From: Candidatus Heimdallarchaeota archaeon
Lineage (GTDB): Archaea; Asgardarchaeota; Heimdallarchaeia; Heimdallarchaeales; Heimdallarchaeaceae
Reading direction: 5' to 3'
Length of the DNA stretch: 64,000 nt
Assembly: GCA_016840095.1 (NCBI GenBank)
Contig: JAEOSZ010000095.1
Span: forward strand, 32,001 to 96,000
Shown here piece after piece: positions 20,126 through 29,560 of this stretch. Below the pieces are notes generated by a model, which had not been told where the DNA came from, ran no database searches, and worked only from the letters and a program-made list of their open reading frames with translations. Every line of letters begins with the position of its first letter. Position 1 is the stretch's first letter. Position numbers and translations under genes: made by a program.

Positions 20126-21022
20126 ATGTTTCAGGTTATTGTAAGAAGAGATGATAAATTTGGATATCAAATCTTAAAATCAGATGTTCCTAAAGAACTA
20201 TCAAAAGATTCAATTGTCTACATGCCTGAATTATCTACAAAACAGCAACCCCATATAAAATATAGCTCTAAATATACTCATACAACTGGGCACGTAATAA
20301 TAAAACTAGTTAGAAGTGATGGTGATGATCCATTTGGAAGACCAAAATCACTAGCTCATAGTTTAGTAATACCTTCTGAAGAATATAACTTGAATTCTCT
20401 TCTGTATTATACTTCTCCACTATACCAGACACAATTATTCGATAATATTGAAGTAGATCAAGAAATGTTATCTCAGAATATTTTTAAGAGCAGCGAAAAC
20501 GAAATTCTTGAAAAAGTTGGTATATCTCAACTCAGAGAGATAATTGTGGCTGCAATGACAGAACAAAAAGTCACTATATTGCCAAATTTAGATGAAAAAG
20601 GGATTTTTGAGCTTTTCAGCTTAATTGATAAGTCAATACCTTTTGAAGCATCATATGATTTTTCTCTTATTAGTTACTCTGATAGAAGTTGCAACAAATT
20701 CCTTGTTCATAACATTGTTTACTTATTGGGAAAAGAACAAAAAATAAGGAGTATTGTAAGTTTAAAGAATGTAAGTACTAAAGTTCGAAAAATAGCTAAA
20801 GAAGAAGCGACATATTTAGACAACTTCATTGAAATGATTGTTCAAGAAAATTACGAAGAACTACTAGAAGAACACGCAAAATGGATAATAGGAAAGTATC
20901 ATAACGATCATAAAGATTTACAAAAGATGTTTACAAGAAGATATCAATTAGATATGCCTTTTTCAAGAAGAAACAAATTTCATGCACGACTTGTTCAATC
21001 TTTATCCAGTTATGAAAACTAA
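20126..21022 (+). CDS. DENN-like / GAP1-N-like hypothetical protein
   Basis: DDPFGRP..AHSLV motif followed by a cDENN-like IIVAAMTEQKVTIL..LFSLIDKSIPF..FSLISY segment. Confidence 0.5.
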   Translation: MFQVIVRRDDKFGYQILKSDVPKELSKDSIVYMPELSTKQQPHIKYSSKYTHTTGHVIIKLVRSDGDDPFGRPKSLAHSLVIPSEEYNLNSLLYYTSPLYQTQLFDNIEVDQEMLSQNIFKSSENEILEKVGISQLREIIVAAMTEQKVTILPNLDEKGIFELFSLIDKSIPFEASYDFSLISYSDRSCNKFLVHNIVYLLGKEQKIRSIVSLKNVSTKVRKIAKEEATYLDNFIEMIVQENYEELLEEHAKWIIGKYHNDHKDLQKMFTRRYQLDMPFSRRNKFHARLVQSLSSYEN

Positions 21023-21084
21023 CAAATATAAAATAAAAGAAAAAGTCAAGAATTTGATTCTAACAGTTAGTAGATTTTGATTTA

Positions 21085-21501
21085 TCAACTTGAATACTTG
21101 GCACGTACTACTTCAAATACTTCCTTGCATTTTTCTTCAGTTAAGTTAGAAATTGCACATTCCATATTCTCAGAAATTCTATTTATGAGTTCTTTTAGTT
21201 TAGTTTTGAGCTCTTCAACTGATAAACTTGAATATAGGTATTTGAAACCACCTCTTTCAAGATTTATTTTTGTTTTTCTGACAATCCCAATTCCAATTAA
21301 TCTTTGAATTGATCTTGAAATTGTAGCTCTATCCTTCGGAATAATATCAGTTATTGTTTTGATATCAGCGGGTTGCATGTTTTTTATACACATCATGATT
21401 TCAATTTCATTTTCAGAGAGTGCATAAGCTGCTTTTATGATATCAAAGCAAGTGACATCTTTAGAATCAAAAGAAGAAAGAGGAAAGGACATTTTAATCA
21501 A
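21085..21501 (-). CDS. Winged-helix transcriptional regulator (TrmB/MarR-like)
   Basis: LSENEIEI..DRATISRSIQRLIGIGIV..GGFKYLY; N-terminal C-x-D; last gene of the sulfur operon. Confidence 0.85.
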   Translation of the reverse strand: MIKMSFPLSSFDSKDVTCFDIIKAAYALSENEIEIMMCIKNMQPADIKTITDIIPKDRATISRSIQRLIGIGIVRKTKINLERGGFKYLYSSLSVEELKTKLKELINRISENMECAISNLTEEKCKEVFEVVRAKYSS

Positions 21502-21502
21502 C

Positions 21503-21871
21503 TCAGAAACAGTAGTTTAAGTCGGCCTCTAAAGACTCTGTAATAGCGTACATTCCACCAACTATGTCGTCGACTTCATCTATGAAATCTTCACGTGTTA
21601 ATCCATATCTTTCCAGAGTAGGACTACAGACAAAAATCTTAACTCCAAATTCCTTTACTTCTTGAATCATCTCTAAGAATGATTTCTTACCTACACCAGG
21701 TGTAATTCTTTCTGCGTTTCCTTTTTTGAGAAGCAGACCACCCGACATGGTATAAACCATCTGAACATCAGCATCTAGTGCAGCAGATAATGTTGCTAAA
21801 TGAAGAGGGGTTTCTAACCTATCAGGATAGTCCTCTCCAAATGTTACCATTATCATGATTTTGTGTGACAT
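21503..21871 (-). CDS. DsrE-family sulfur carrier
   Basis: GVKIFVCSPT active Cys and DsrE fold pattern. Confidence 0.85.
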   Translation of the reverse strand: MSHKIMIMVTFGEDYPDRLETPLHLATLSAALDADVQMVYTMSGGLLLKKGNAERITPGVGKKSFLEMIQEVKEFGVKIFVCSPTLERYGLTREDFIDEVDDIVGGMYAITESLEADLNYCF

Positions 21872-21883
21872 GTTGAATCTCCC

Positions 21884-22357
21884 CTAGATATAGAGTGTGA
21901 TTTCTGCTTTAGATGCGAATTCTAAGAAAGTTGCTGCACCACCAGGTGTACAATCTTCAATAAGATCCTTATCTTTAATTTTCATAACTGCTTTTGTCAT
22001 TTCACAAGCTATTAGTTGTACTCCAGATTCTATGGCTATATCCATTAGCTCTTGAAGAGTAGCTACATTTGCTTTCTTCATCCAACTCTTCATCATTTTG
22101 GTTGCCATACCTGTCATTCCAGGTAACATTCCAACGATTTGAGGGATTGGCATTGGCATTGCAGTTTCTCCAGCAGGAGTGATTTTTATTTTCTTTAATT
22201 TCTTCTTCTTCAGTAGGTTCAAACCGAAGAAAGTGAAGAAGATTCCTACTTCATAATCCATAGCTGCAGCTGTTGTAGCCAATAGTAATGGTGGATATGC
22301 TCCAGGTATATCAGCTTTTGAAGCTATTATAGCTAATCTTTTCTTTTTTTCAGACAT
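21884..22357 (-). CDS. DsrE2/DrsE-like protein
   Basis: YPPLLLATTAAAM, FFTFFGL, LIACEMT and GAATFL motifs. Confidence 0.9.
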   Translation of the reverse strand: MSEKKKRLAIIASKADIPGAYPPLLLATTAAAMDYEVGIFFTFFGLNLLKKKKLKKIKITPAGETAMPMPIPQIVGMLPGMTGMATKMMKSWMKKANVATLQELMDIAIESGVQLIACEMTKAVMKIKDKDLIEDCTPGGAATFLEFASKAEITLYI

Positions 22358-22370
22358 ATTTATTCCTCGT

Positions 22371-22619
22371 TTATTTTGTTTTTTTAATTACATAACGAAA
22401 TATTCCGTTATCAACGGATTGATCCGCTAATTCGTGTCCAGTTGAATTGGTCCATGCTTTGAAATCTGCAACAGATCCTGGATCAGTAGCAACAACTTCT
22501 AGGTACTCCCCAACTGCTATTTCTCCAATTGCTTTCTTTGTTCTTAAAATTGGGAGAGGACAACTTAGATTTTTTGCGTCAAGTGTTTTTGCGATTTTTA
22601 TATCAGACATTTTTTTCAC
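22371..22619 (-). CDS. tusA: TusA-family sulfurtransferase (start probably ATG 22610)
   Basis: LDAKNLSCPLP motif. Confidence 0.9.
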   Translation of the reverse strand: MKKMSDIKIAKTLDAKNLSCPLPILRTKKAIGEIAVGEYLEVVATDPGSVADFKAWTNSTGHELADQSVDNGIFRYVIKKTK

Positions 22620-22620
22620 C

Positions 22621-23763
22621 TTACAAATAGCCCTTAATTAGAGCCTTGAAATAAACAATTTTGAATGCTTTCTTGAATAATCCATATAGAAATAAGTTGT
22701 GTAAACCAAATTTTCTAGGAGCATAGTTATAACTAAATACCAATAACATTGATCTGCGGAATGAAGTGACTACAAAACAAACAGTAAAACCTCCGTATTT
22801 CTTAGTAGGTTCCTTTCCTTTCATTTCAAGTAGAATGTTTTTTATCAGCGCAGGAGCTGAAAAATGAGCAGCTGCTCCAGATTTTGAAATTGGCATATCA
22901 GTGCAATCACCTATTGCATACATACTTTTCTGATCTTTTACTTTTAGTGTAAACTTATCAGTACGAACAAATCCTTCGCGATCTCCTATACCTGCATCGA
23001 AAATTACTTTGTGCCCAACATGAGGTGGAATTAAGACTAATAAATCGTATTCTATCTCTTCTCCTTCTAGAGAAATAATTTTTTGATTTTCTTTATCAAC
23101 TTCTTCATAGTTGAAGAATTCAACAAATTCTATCCCTCGTTTGTCAAAGAGTTTTTGAACTTTTTCAGAGACTCTTGCTTCTGGATATGGTCGCATTAGT
23201 GGATAGAGATATTTAATTGTGGTCTTATCACGTAGTTTGATCTTCCTTAGGTAAGTGTCAAGTAAAAAGGTAAATTCAGCAGGTGCGGGAGGGCATTTGT
23301 ATGGTACTGTTGATGGAGAAATTACAATAGTTCCACCTTTGAAGTTCTTAAGTGCATCTTGGAATTTCTTTGTAGCATCAGCTAGATAGAAATGATGAAT
23401 TTTATCATCTTCATAAGAATCAACTTGCTCTTCATCCATTTTAGCTCCTGTTGCTAAGACTAAGTAGTCATAAAGTAGGGTTTCTCCATTAGATAAGGCA
23501 ATCTGTTTCTTTTCAGAATCAATATTTGTTGCAACTGTTCTCAGCCAAGTAGCTTTACCACTAAGGACTTTGTTCATTGGTTTAGTAAACTTAGATTGAG
23601 GATATTTCTTAAAACCCCAAAAAACGTATTGAGGTTCATAAATGTTGAATTCGTTGGGTTCAATTAAGATTACTTTGGCATCTTTTCTACGTAGTTTCCT
23701 AGCTAATTTATTAGCTACTGTAATTCCTGCAAAACCTCCACCAACAATGACTATATTTTTCAT
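22621..23763 (-). CDS. Sulfide:quinone oxidoreductase-like FAD-dependent oxidoreductase
   Basis: GGGFAG, LVLATG, YKCPPAPAE, YAIGDCT, SKSGAAAH and a second Cys in VCFVVT. Confidence 0.85.
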   Translation of the reverse strand: MKNIVIVGGGFAGITVANKLARKLRRKDAKVILIEPNEFNIYEPQYVFWGFKKYPQSKFTKPMNKVLSGKATWLRTVATNIDSEKKQIALSNGETLLYDYLVLATGAKMDEEQVDSYEDDKIHHFYLADATKKFQDALKNFKGGTIVISPSTVPYKCPPAPAEFTFLLDTYLRKIKLRDKTTIKYLYPLMRPYPEARVSEKVQKLFDKRGIEFVEFFNYEEVDKENQKIISLEGEEIEYDLLVLIPPHVGHKVIFDAGIGDREGFVRTDKFTLKVKDQKSMYAIGDCTDMPISKSGAAAHFSAPALIKNILLEMKGKEPTKKYGGFTVCFVVTSFRRSMLLVFSYNYAPRKFGLHNLFLYGLFKKAFKIVYFKALIKGYL

Positions 23764-23774
23764 AATCTAATCCT

Positions 23775-24014
23775 CTAGTGTAATTTCTTGACAATGTATT
23801 TGTCGTGATCTTCTAAGTTGATGATTTCAACTAATTCATGCTTTGCTTTCTTTATCCAAGCAGGAACATCATTACGTGTTCCTTCATCAGAACTAAGAAG
23901 AGCTAATAATTCACCAACTTCAGCTTGACGAATCATTTTAATCAATTCCATCATTGGTCCAGGACAAAAACTTCCCCTGGCATCTATTTCTATAGCGATT
24001 TCATACTCTGTCAT
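23775..24014 (-). CDS. tusA: TusA-family sulfurtransferase
   Basis: IDARGSFCPGP motif. Confidence 0.9.
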   Translation of the reverse strand: MTEYEIAIEIDARGSFCPGPMMELIKMIRQAEVGELLALLSSDEGTRNDVPAWIKKAKHELVEIINLEDHDKYIVKKLH

Positions 24015-24074
24015 ACATTCACCAATTGTTTCCGATTATGACATTCATCTGCACAACCGTTTTTAAGCCTTTGG

Positions 24075-24127
24075 ATTTGTATACAAATATACTATTGTAC
24101 TCTGGAGTACTTGTTCGTTCTACAATA
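24075..24127. promoter_or_regulatory. Palindromic candidate operator(s) upstream of the sulfur operon
   Basis: Perfect ATTTGTATACAAAT (24075-24088); GTACTC-TG-GAGTAC (24097-24110); TATTGTA..TACAATA (24093-24127). They lie just upstream of a minus-strand CTTAAAAA TATA-like box near 24060-24067. Confidence 0.5.
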
Positions 24128-24182
24128 AGTAAATCTGTTGAACTAGTGATATTTATTAATAGTTAGTATACTTTATTGAATA

Positions 24183-25868
24183 ATGAATAGAAAAGCTTCA
24201 GCAGTAGTTACGATTCTACTCTTTCTTAACTATCAATTTCTATCTGTTGCAATTGATGCTTCTATACCTATTAACATTAGAAAACAAGAAGCAGAACCAT
24301 ATCATTGGATTTGGGAAGAGCTTTACGGAGCTCCAGGTTCCATACCTGGAGAAGATGTTGTTTTCTGGGGAGAAAATCTAGGTCCATATCATAACTATAC
24401 TGAACTAAGTACAAGACTGTCGATACTCAATTCAACCTTCTCAGAGTTTGTTGATTTATATTCAATTGGTCAAACCTGGCATGGGAGAGAGATTTGGTGT
24501 ATTAAGTTAACTAATGAAACAGTTTCTACTCCCAAAACAGAATTCTATATTGTTGGAGCTCATCATGCTCGAGAAATGATTTCTGTTGAAAATTGCCTTT
24601 ATTTCATTGATAAGATTATATATGAGACTGGGTTTGGATTTTATGAAAATCTTCTAACTACAACTGAAATCTATGTTATACCCATGCTTAATCCAGATGG
24701 TCTCTCAATCATGCATTTCTATCCTGAACAAAGAAAAAATCTCAGACCAATTGATGATGAGGGAGATAACACAACTGACGAAAACCTGGATGGTTTCCTC
24801 GATGATGAACTAGAACGACTTTATTTCTGGAATGAAACTTCTAATGCGTCTGAAATTGTGCAAGAAGACCTTGATGGTGACTTCTCAATAGGTGAAGATT
24901 TACCTGGAGGTGTAGATCTGAATCGTAACTATGGAGCTTTTTGGAATGGAACAGGTTCTTCTCCAGATAAGATAAATCCTCTTTATCGAGGACCAGAACC
25001 ATTCAGTGAAAATGAAACACGTGCCATTAGAGATTTTATGAAACAACATTTCTTCAATTTTGCTTTAAGTATGCATAGTGGAATTGAAGCTATTATTCCT
25101 CCATGGGGTAACAATGGTTCTCTACCAACAAAAGATGAAGTTGAATATAATGCACTAATGGCTGAACTAAAGACTTTGACACTATTCCCCTTCTGGAATG
25201 AAACAGCTGGTTATTTAGCAAATGGTGTTTGGACTGATTACTGTTATCTTTTCCATGATATTGTTTGTTTTACACTAGAAGTTTATGAAACTGTATGGAA
25301 TGGTAATTATTTTGACTACTACAATCCTTCTGGAAATGGAATATTAGCTAATTGTGAGATGGTGTTTGATGCCTTAGTTTTCATGGCTGAAGGACCTCAG
25401 TTAACATACTCAAATAGTCTACCTTCAATTACAGTATTCTCACCTAGAAGTCCTAACCAAGTATTTGATAATTATACAATTGAATGGACTATGTCTGATT
25501 TGGAAGATGAGAATCTAAATTGTTCAGTCTTGGTCTCAGCTGATGGTTTTACATGGACTGTTCTTGCAGACAACCTAATTGATGAAACAAGTTATTTCTG
25601 GAATGTAACAGATGTTCAACCTGGTTCATATTACTTGAAAATTGCAGTTTCTGATGGAGATAATTGGATCACTGATATCGGAGAGATCAGATTAAATGTT
25701 AAAAGGGAAGTAGAGAGTTCTAGATTTGGTTTCTGGTTGTTAGCCATACTATTTGGTGGTTTAGCTGCAATTTTTATTTTCTTCAATATTAGAAAACAAA
25801 AAAGTGTTGGCAAAATGTGGGATGATGAAAAAATTACAGATGAAAAAACAGATACTGTAGACAACTAA
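24183..25868 (+). CDS. Membrane-anchored M14 zinc carboxypeptidase
   Basis: HHARE, NPDG, GVDLNRNY, FSENET and MHSG motifs; signal peptide, Ig-like domain and C-terminal TM. Confidence 0.9.
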   Translation: MNRKASAVVTILLFLNYQFLSVAIDASIPINIRKQEAEPYHWIWEELYGAPGSIPGEDVVFWGENLGPYHNYTELSTRLSILNSTFSEFVDLYSIGQTWHGREIWCIKLTNETVSTPKTEFYIVGAHHAREMISVENCLYFIDKIIYETGFGFYENLLTTTEIYVIPMLNPDGLSIMHFYPEQRKNLRPIDDEGDNTTDENLDGFLDDELERLYFWNETSNASEIVQEDLDGDFSIGEDLPGGVDLNRNYGAFWNGTGSSPDKINPLYRGPEPFSENETRAIRDFMKQHFFNFALSMHSGIEAIIPPWGNNGSLPTKDEVEYNALMAELKTLTLFPFWNETAGYLANGVWTDYCYLFHDIVCFTLEVYETVWNGNYFDYYNPSGNGILANCEMVFDALVFMAEGPQLTYSNSLPSITVFSPRSPNQVFDNYTIEWTMSDLEDENLNCSVLVSADGFTWTVLADNLIDETSYFWNVTDVQPGSYYLKIAVSDGDNWITDIGEIRLNVKREVESSRFGFWLLAILFGGLAAIFIFFNIRKQKSVGKMWDDEKITDEKTDTVDN

Positions 25869-25951
25869 CATAAATTGGTGAAACTAGCAAGTTTTTTAAA
25901 TCTGGTATCTAATATTATTATTATTAGTGGAAAGGATTAAGGGGTTCTAAC

Positions 25952-27094
25952 ATGCAAGCTCAATTATACATAACTCTGAAGTATGTTGTAGCTGTTGCAT
26001 TATTCTGTGGTTTTATTGTGGCTATTTTCTTTGGTAGACGAAGACAAAATCCATTCTATATCCCTTGGTCAATTTTCTTGATTTCTTTTGGTTTATTTCA
26101 ACTGATGGATGCTTTAACAAACCAATATGGAGTATTGCAAAGAATTGATGATATGCTGCCACCTGTTGGTAATGATACCATTCTTTTTCGATTGCTAAAT
26201 GTTACGCACGCTTTAGCCATGATATTTCTATTTGCATCTTGTTTAGAGCAATCCATGATTGTTCCTCCAAGAGCTAGTAGAATTATTGCTGCAAGTTTAA
26301 CACTATTAGTTCTCTATTTTATTGTTATTCCACTAGAAGCGACACTTTTCAGTTTTGGAACTCTTACCATTTCCATATATGGTAGATTGTTTACAGAGTT
26401 TTATGGTTTCATTTTTGGATTCATTGTTTTGTGTAGTGCTTTCCTACTGATTCCTGTATTCATTCGTTATCTCAAACTATCACTTATTTCAAAGAATAAC
26501 AGAATTAGATGGAAAACTATTATTACTTTTACTGTGTTCTTAATGTTACTTGGTTTAGCATTTCTTATGACTGTGAGAAGAAAAGTAACAGAGAACGGTA
26601 TGAATGAAAATACTTTTGCTATTTTTGAGATAGTTTACTCTTTCTTCATAGTATCAATAATAGCGATTTATCAGAGTCAATCTGTTTCACATGGTATTGA
26701 AACAATAATAGTTGTTGATAGGGAAGGAAATCCTCTCCTTGGTTATTCTCCTTTTAGAAGAAGAAGGATTTCATTTGAGGAAAAGATTATTGCTGCTTCT
26801 GGGTATCTATCAGGGCTTTTTCACTTCATACATGACTATGTTGCTACGACAGACAAAGAAGAATTTAAGGAGCTAAAAACCACTTCCTCTACACTTTCTT
26901 TCTATGCTGGTGAAAAGATATTTATGATTGTTCAGTCGAAAATCTCAGGGGATCGATTAGATAAAACAACAAATACAGTTCTTTCAGAATTGGACAAATA
27001 TCTTGTTGATTTTGAAGCTAATAGATTACCGTCTGAAGAACAGGTTGATGATATGATCAACTTATTGGAAAAAAATTTCTACCTAATTGCTTGA
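25952..27094 (+). CDS. 7TM membrane protein with C-terminal longin/roadblock-like domain
   Basis: Seven hydrophobic segments, then IETIIVVDREGNPL..SGYLSGLFHFI..FKELK..LSFY..IFMIV. Confidence 0.65.
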   Translation: MQAQLYITLKYVVAVALFCGFIVAIFFGRRRQNPFYIPWSIFLISFGLFQLMDALTNQYGVLQRIDDMLPPVGNDTILFRLLNVTHALAMIFLFASCLEQSMIVPPRASRIIAASLTLLVLYFIVIPLEATLFSFGTLTISIYGRLFTEFYGFIFGFIVLCSAFLLIPVFIRYLKLSLISKNNRIRWKTIITFTVFLMLLGLAFLMTVRRKVTENGMNENTFAIFEIVYSFFIVSIIAIYQSQSVSHGIETIIVVDREGNPLLGYSPFRRRRISFEEKIIAASGYLSGLFHFIHDYVATTDKEEFKELKTTSSTLSFYAGEKIFMIVQSKISGDRLDKTTNTVLSELDKYLVDFEANRLPSEEQVDDMINLLEKNFYLIA

Positions 27095-27138
27095 CATTTG
27101 CACCAAAACTTATATCTTGAAAATAATATTTTCATTTA

Positions 27139-28455
27139 ATGCTATCTATTGCGTTTGTTCTTGGAACAAGACCAGAAATAATCAAACTAGCCCCGATTAT
27201 TTTTGAAGTTGAAAAAAGAGAAATTATACATACTATAATTCACACAGGTCAGCATTATGATGAGAATCTTTCTTCAGAAATTTTTAAATCAGTAGGTCTT
27301 CGATCTCCTGATTATAATCTTGAAGTTAAAACAAAAATACCACATAAACAGCTTAGTGAGATGATAGAGAAACTTGGAGAAGTTTACTTAGAGGTAAAAC
27401 CATCAGTAGTATTATCTGTGGGTGATACAACTAGTGTATTAGCCAGTAGTTTAGCATGTATTCAGACAGGGATTCCATATGGTCATGTTGAAGCAGGTTT
27501 AAGATCCTTTGATCTTACTATGCCAGAGGAGAGAAATAGAAGATTAGTTGACCACATGTCCTCAATTCTGTTTGCACCTTCTGAAAGAGCGGTAATTAAC
27601 CTAAATAATGAAGGAATTGAAGCAAAGAGAATTCATCAAACAGGAAATACAACAATTGATTCAATTCGTATTTTCAAAACTTTGATTCACAAAAAAGATA
27701 CAAAATCTGCTGATATCATTCTAGAACAAGTTAATGATTTCTTTGTTCTTGCTACAATTCATAGAGTTTCAAATGTAGAAAACAAAGAGAACTTAGAAGA
27801 AATTGTGAAAGCACTAGTAGAATTCAAGGATCACTCAATCGTTCTACTTATACATCCTAGAACCATGAAAAAAATAGAAGAATATGATTTGCACAAAACA
27901 ATGAAGCAAAACAAGAAACTTTATTTGTTTTCGCCAGTAGATTATCCTTCCTTACTAAAACTACTCAAACACAAGAATTGCTTATTAGTTTTGACTGATT
28001 CTGGAGGATTACAGGAAGAAGCTGCGTACTTGCAAAAACCTTGTTTAACAGTTCGTCCAAATACAGAAAGACCTGAAACAGTTGAACATGAGATCAACTT
28101 TTTAGTTGAAATAAAAGCATCTAAAATCTTGCAAAAAATATCTCTAATTTTATCTGAAGATTTTGAATATAGATTTTCTACTTTTAAAACTCCTTATGGT
28201 GAAGGTTATGCAAGTCAAGAGATATTAAATTTAATTGAATCTAACTTCAAATTACTCAGCTTCAAATCACCCAGTAATTATCGTTCTGGCTCAAAATCTT
28301 ACAACCTTTTGGAAATGGGTGTATCTATGGATAAGGAACTTATTAAGGATCAATTTAATTGTCAACTAGTATCTTCATTTGATGAAAATGGATATCCAAA
28401 GAAGCTTGAAGATAAATTGAAAAAAGGGGATAGGGTTAGGATTCTGAAAGATTGA
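27139..28455 (+). CDS. wecB: UDP-N-acetylglucosamine 2-epimerase (non-hydrolysing)
   Basis: GTRPEIIK, HTGQHY, GDT, HVEAGLRS, DSGGLQEEA and TERPE motifs. Confidence 0.95.
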   Translation: MLSIAFVLGTRPEIIKLAPIIFEVEKREIIHTIIHTGQHYDENLSSEIFKSVGLRSPDYNLEVKTKIPHKQLSEMIEKLGEVYLEVKPSVVLSVGDTTSVLASSLACIQTGIPYGHVEAGLRSFDLTMPEERNRRLVDHMSSILFAPSERAVINLNNEGIEAKRIHQTGNTTIDSIRIFKTLIHKKDTKSADIILEQVNDFFVLATIHRVSNVENKENLEEIVKALVEFKDHSIVLLIHPRTMKKIEEYDLHKTMKQNKKLYLFSPVDYPSLLKLLKHKNCLLVLTDSGGLQEEAAYLQKPCLTVRPNTERPETVEHEINFLVEIKASKILQKISLILSEDFEYRFSTFKTPYGEGYASQEILNLIESNFKLLSFKSPSNYRSGSKSYNLLEMGVSMDKELIKDQFNCQLVSSFDENGYPKKLEDKLKKGDRVRILKD

Positions 28456-28456
28456 T

Positions 28457-29446
28457 CTACCAATTTATAAGTCCTATTGCTTTCAAAAGAACCCTTATTG
28501 CTGCAAAAGTTGCTAAAGACCAAAATCCTACTAGAATTATCTCTGACTTTATCCTATGTAGAAACCTTGGCACTATATTTGCCGTTATAACTGTACCTGC
28601 AGCCATTAATAAGACAATATCCCACTGAATAGAAGCTCCGGTAGGTACTCCTGAACCGAATATGTCAAAAGATCTTATGAGAACTGCAAATGGTGTGGCA
28701 AACAATATTGTAAAAGTTGATGTTGCAGTTGCTACAGCTGCTGGAACACCCAAAGCCATTGTTAGGATTGGAACATAGATAACGCCACCACCAAGTCCAA
28801 GAGTTGCACCAACAAATCCTCCAAGTATTGCAATGAAAATTCCAGGGATAAGTTTAGCCCTATACTTGAATTTAACACCTCTTTTATCTTCAAAATCTCT
28901 ATAGAATGTTGTTCTTTTCCACCAAGGTCTAGCCATCTGCTCTTTATCACAATCTTCCTCTAAACACTCATCCGTTTCTGTTTCAAGACCTCTCCGTTTT
29001 TTTATCCAAGCAATGAAGATCGTAGTTAATTTGTATAATGCTATAGCAATCATCGTTGCACCAAAGATAATCTGAAAGACATCTTTATTGACCTCTTGAA
29101 CTTTTAACCATTGAGAAAATAATGCCCCAGATATTGCACCAGGAATTGCAAAAACCATAAATCTAACCGCTAAAGCATAATCGATTCTTTTCTCTCTTAT
29201 ATAAGAAATAGAACCACTCAAAGCAGTAAAAATAATAACACCAAGAGAGGTTGCAGTTGCTGTTGCACCAAGTAGTTCAGGATCTCCAACTTTATCTAAT
29301 AGCAAACCACTGAAGGCAATAAGTAGGATTGGTACATTTAGTAAACCTCCACCAATTCCAAAAGTTGGTGATACAGCTCCACTAAGAAGTCCTGCCCCAA
29401 AGAGTGCTAAATAGGTCCACCATTGAAAGTGTTCAAACATTACCAT
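28457..29446 (-). CDS. TauE/SafE sulfite exporter family
   Basis: Duplicated GIGGG/GLGGG..VP motifs, ATATS and multiple TMs. Confidence 0.88.
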   Translation of the reverse strand: MVMFEHFQWWTYLALFGAGLLSGAVSPTFGIGGGLLNVPILLIAFSGLLLDKVGDPELLGATATATSLGVIIFTALSGSISYIREKRIDYALAVRFMVFAIPGAISGALFSQWLKVQEVNKDVFQIIFGATMIAIALYKLTTIFIAWIKKRRGLETETDECLEEDCDKEQMARPWWKRTTFYRDFEDKRGVKFKYRAKLIPGIFIAILGGFVGATLGLGGGVIYVPILTMALGVPAAVATATSTFTILFATPFAVLIRSFDIFGSGVPTGASIQWDIVLLMAAGTVITANIVPRFLHRIKSEIILVGFWSLATFAAIRVLLKAIGLINW

Positions 29447-29560
29447 AGTAACACCATTAATATTTGAACTCTCATTGAACGTGATATTTAAAACTTTAAT
29501 GTATGAACAAAATGGGTTATAGCAGAAATGATTTTAAACTACTAAAACATAGGAGAAACA

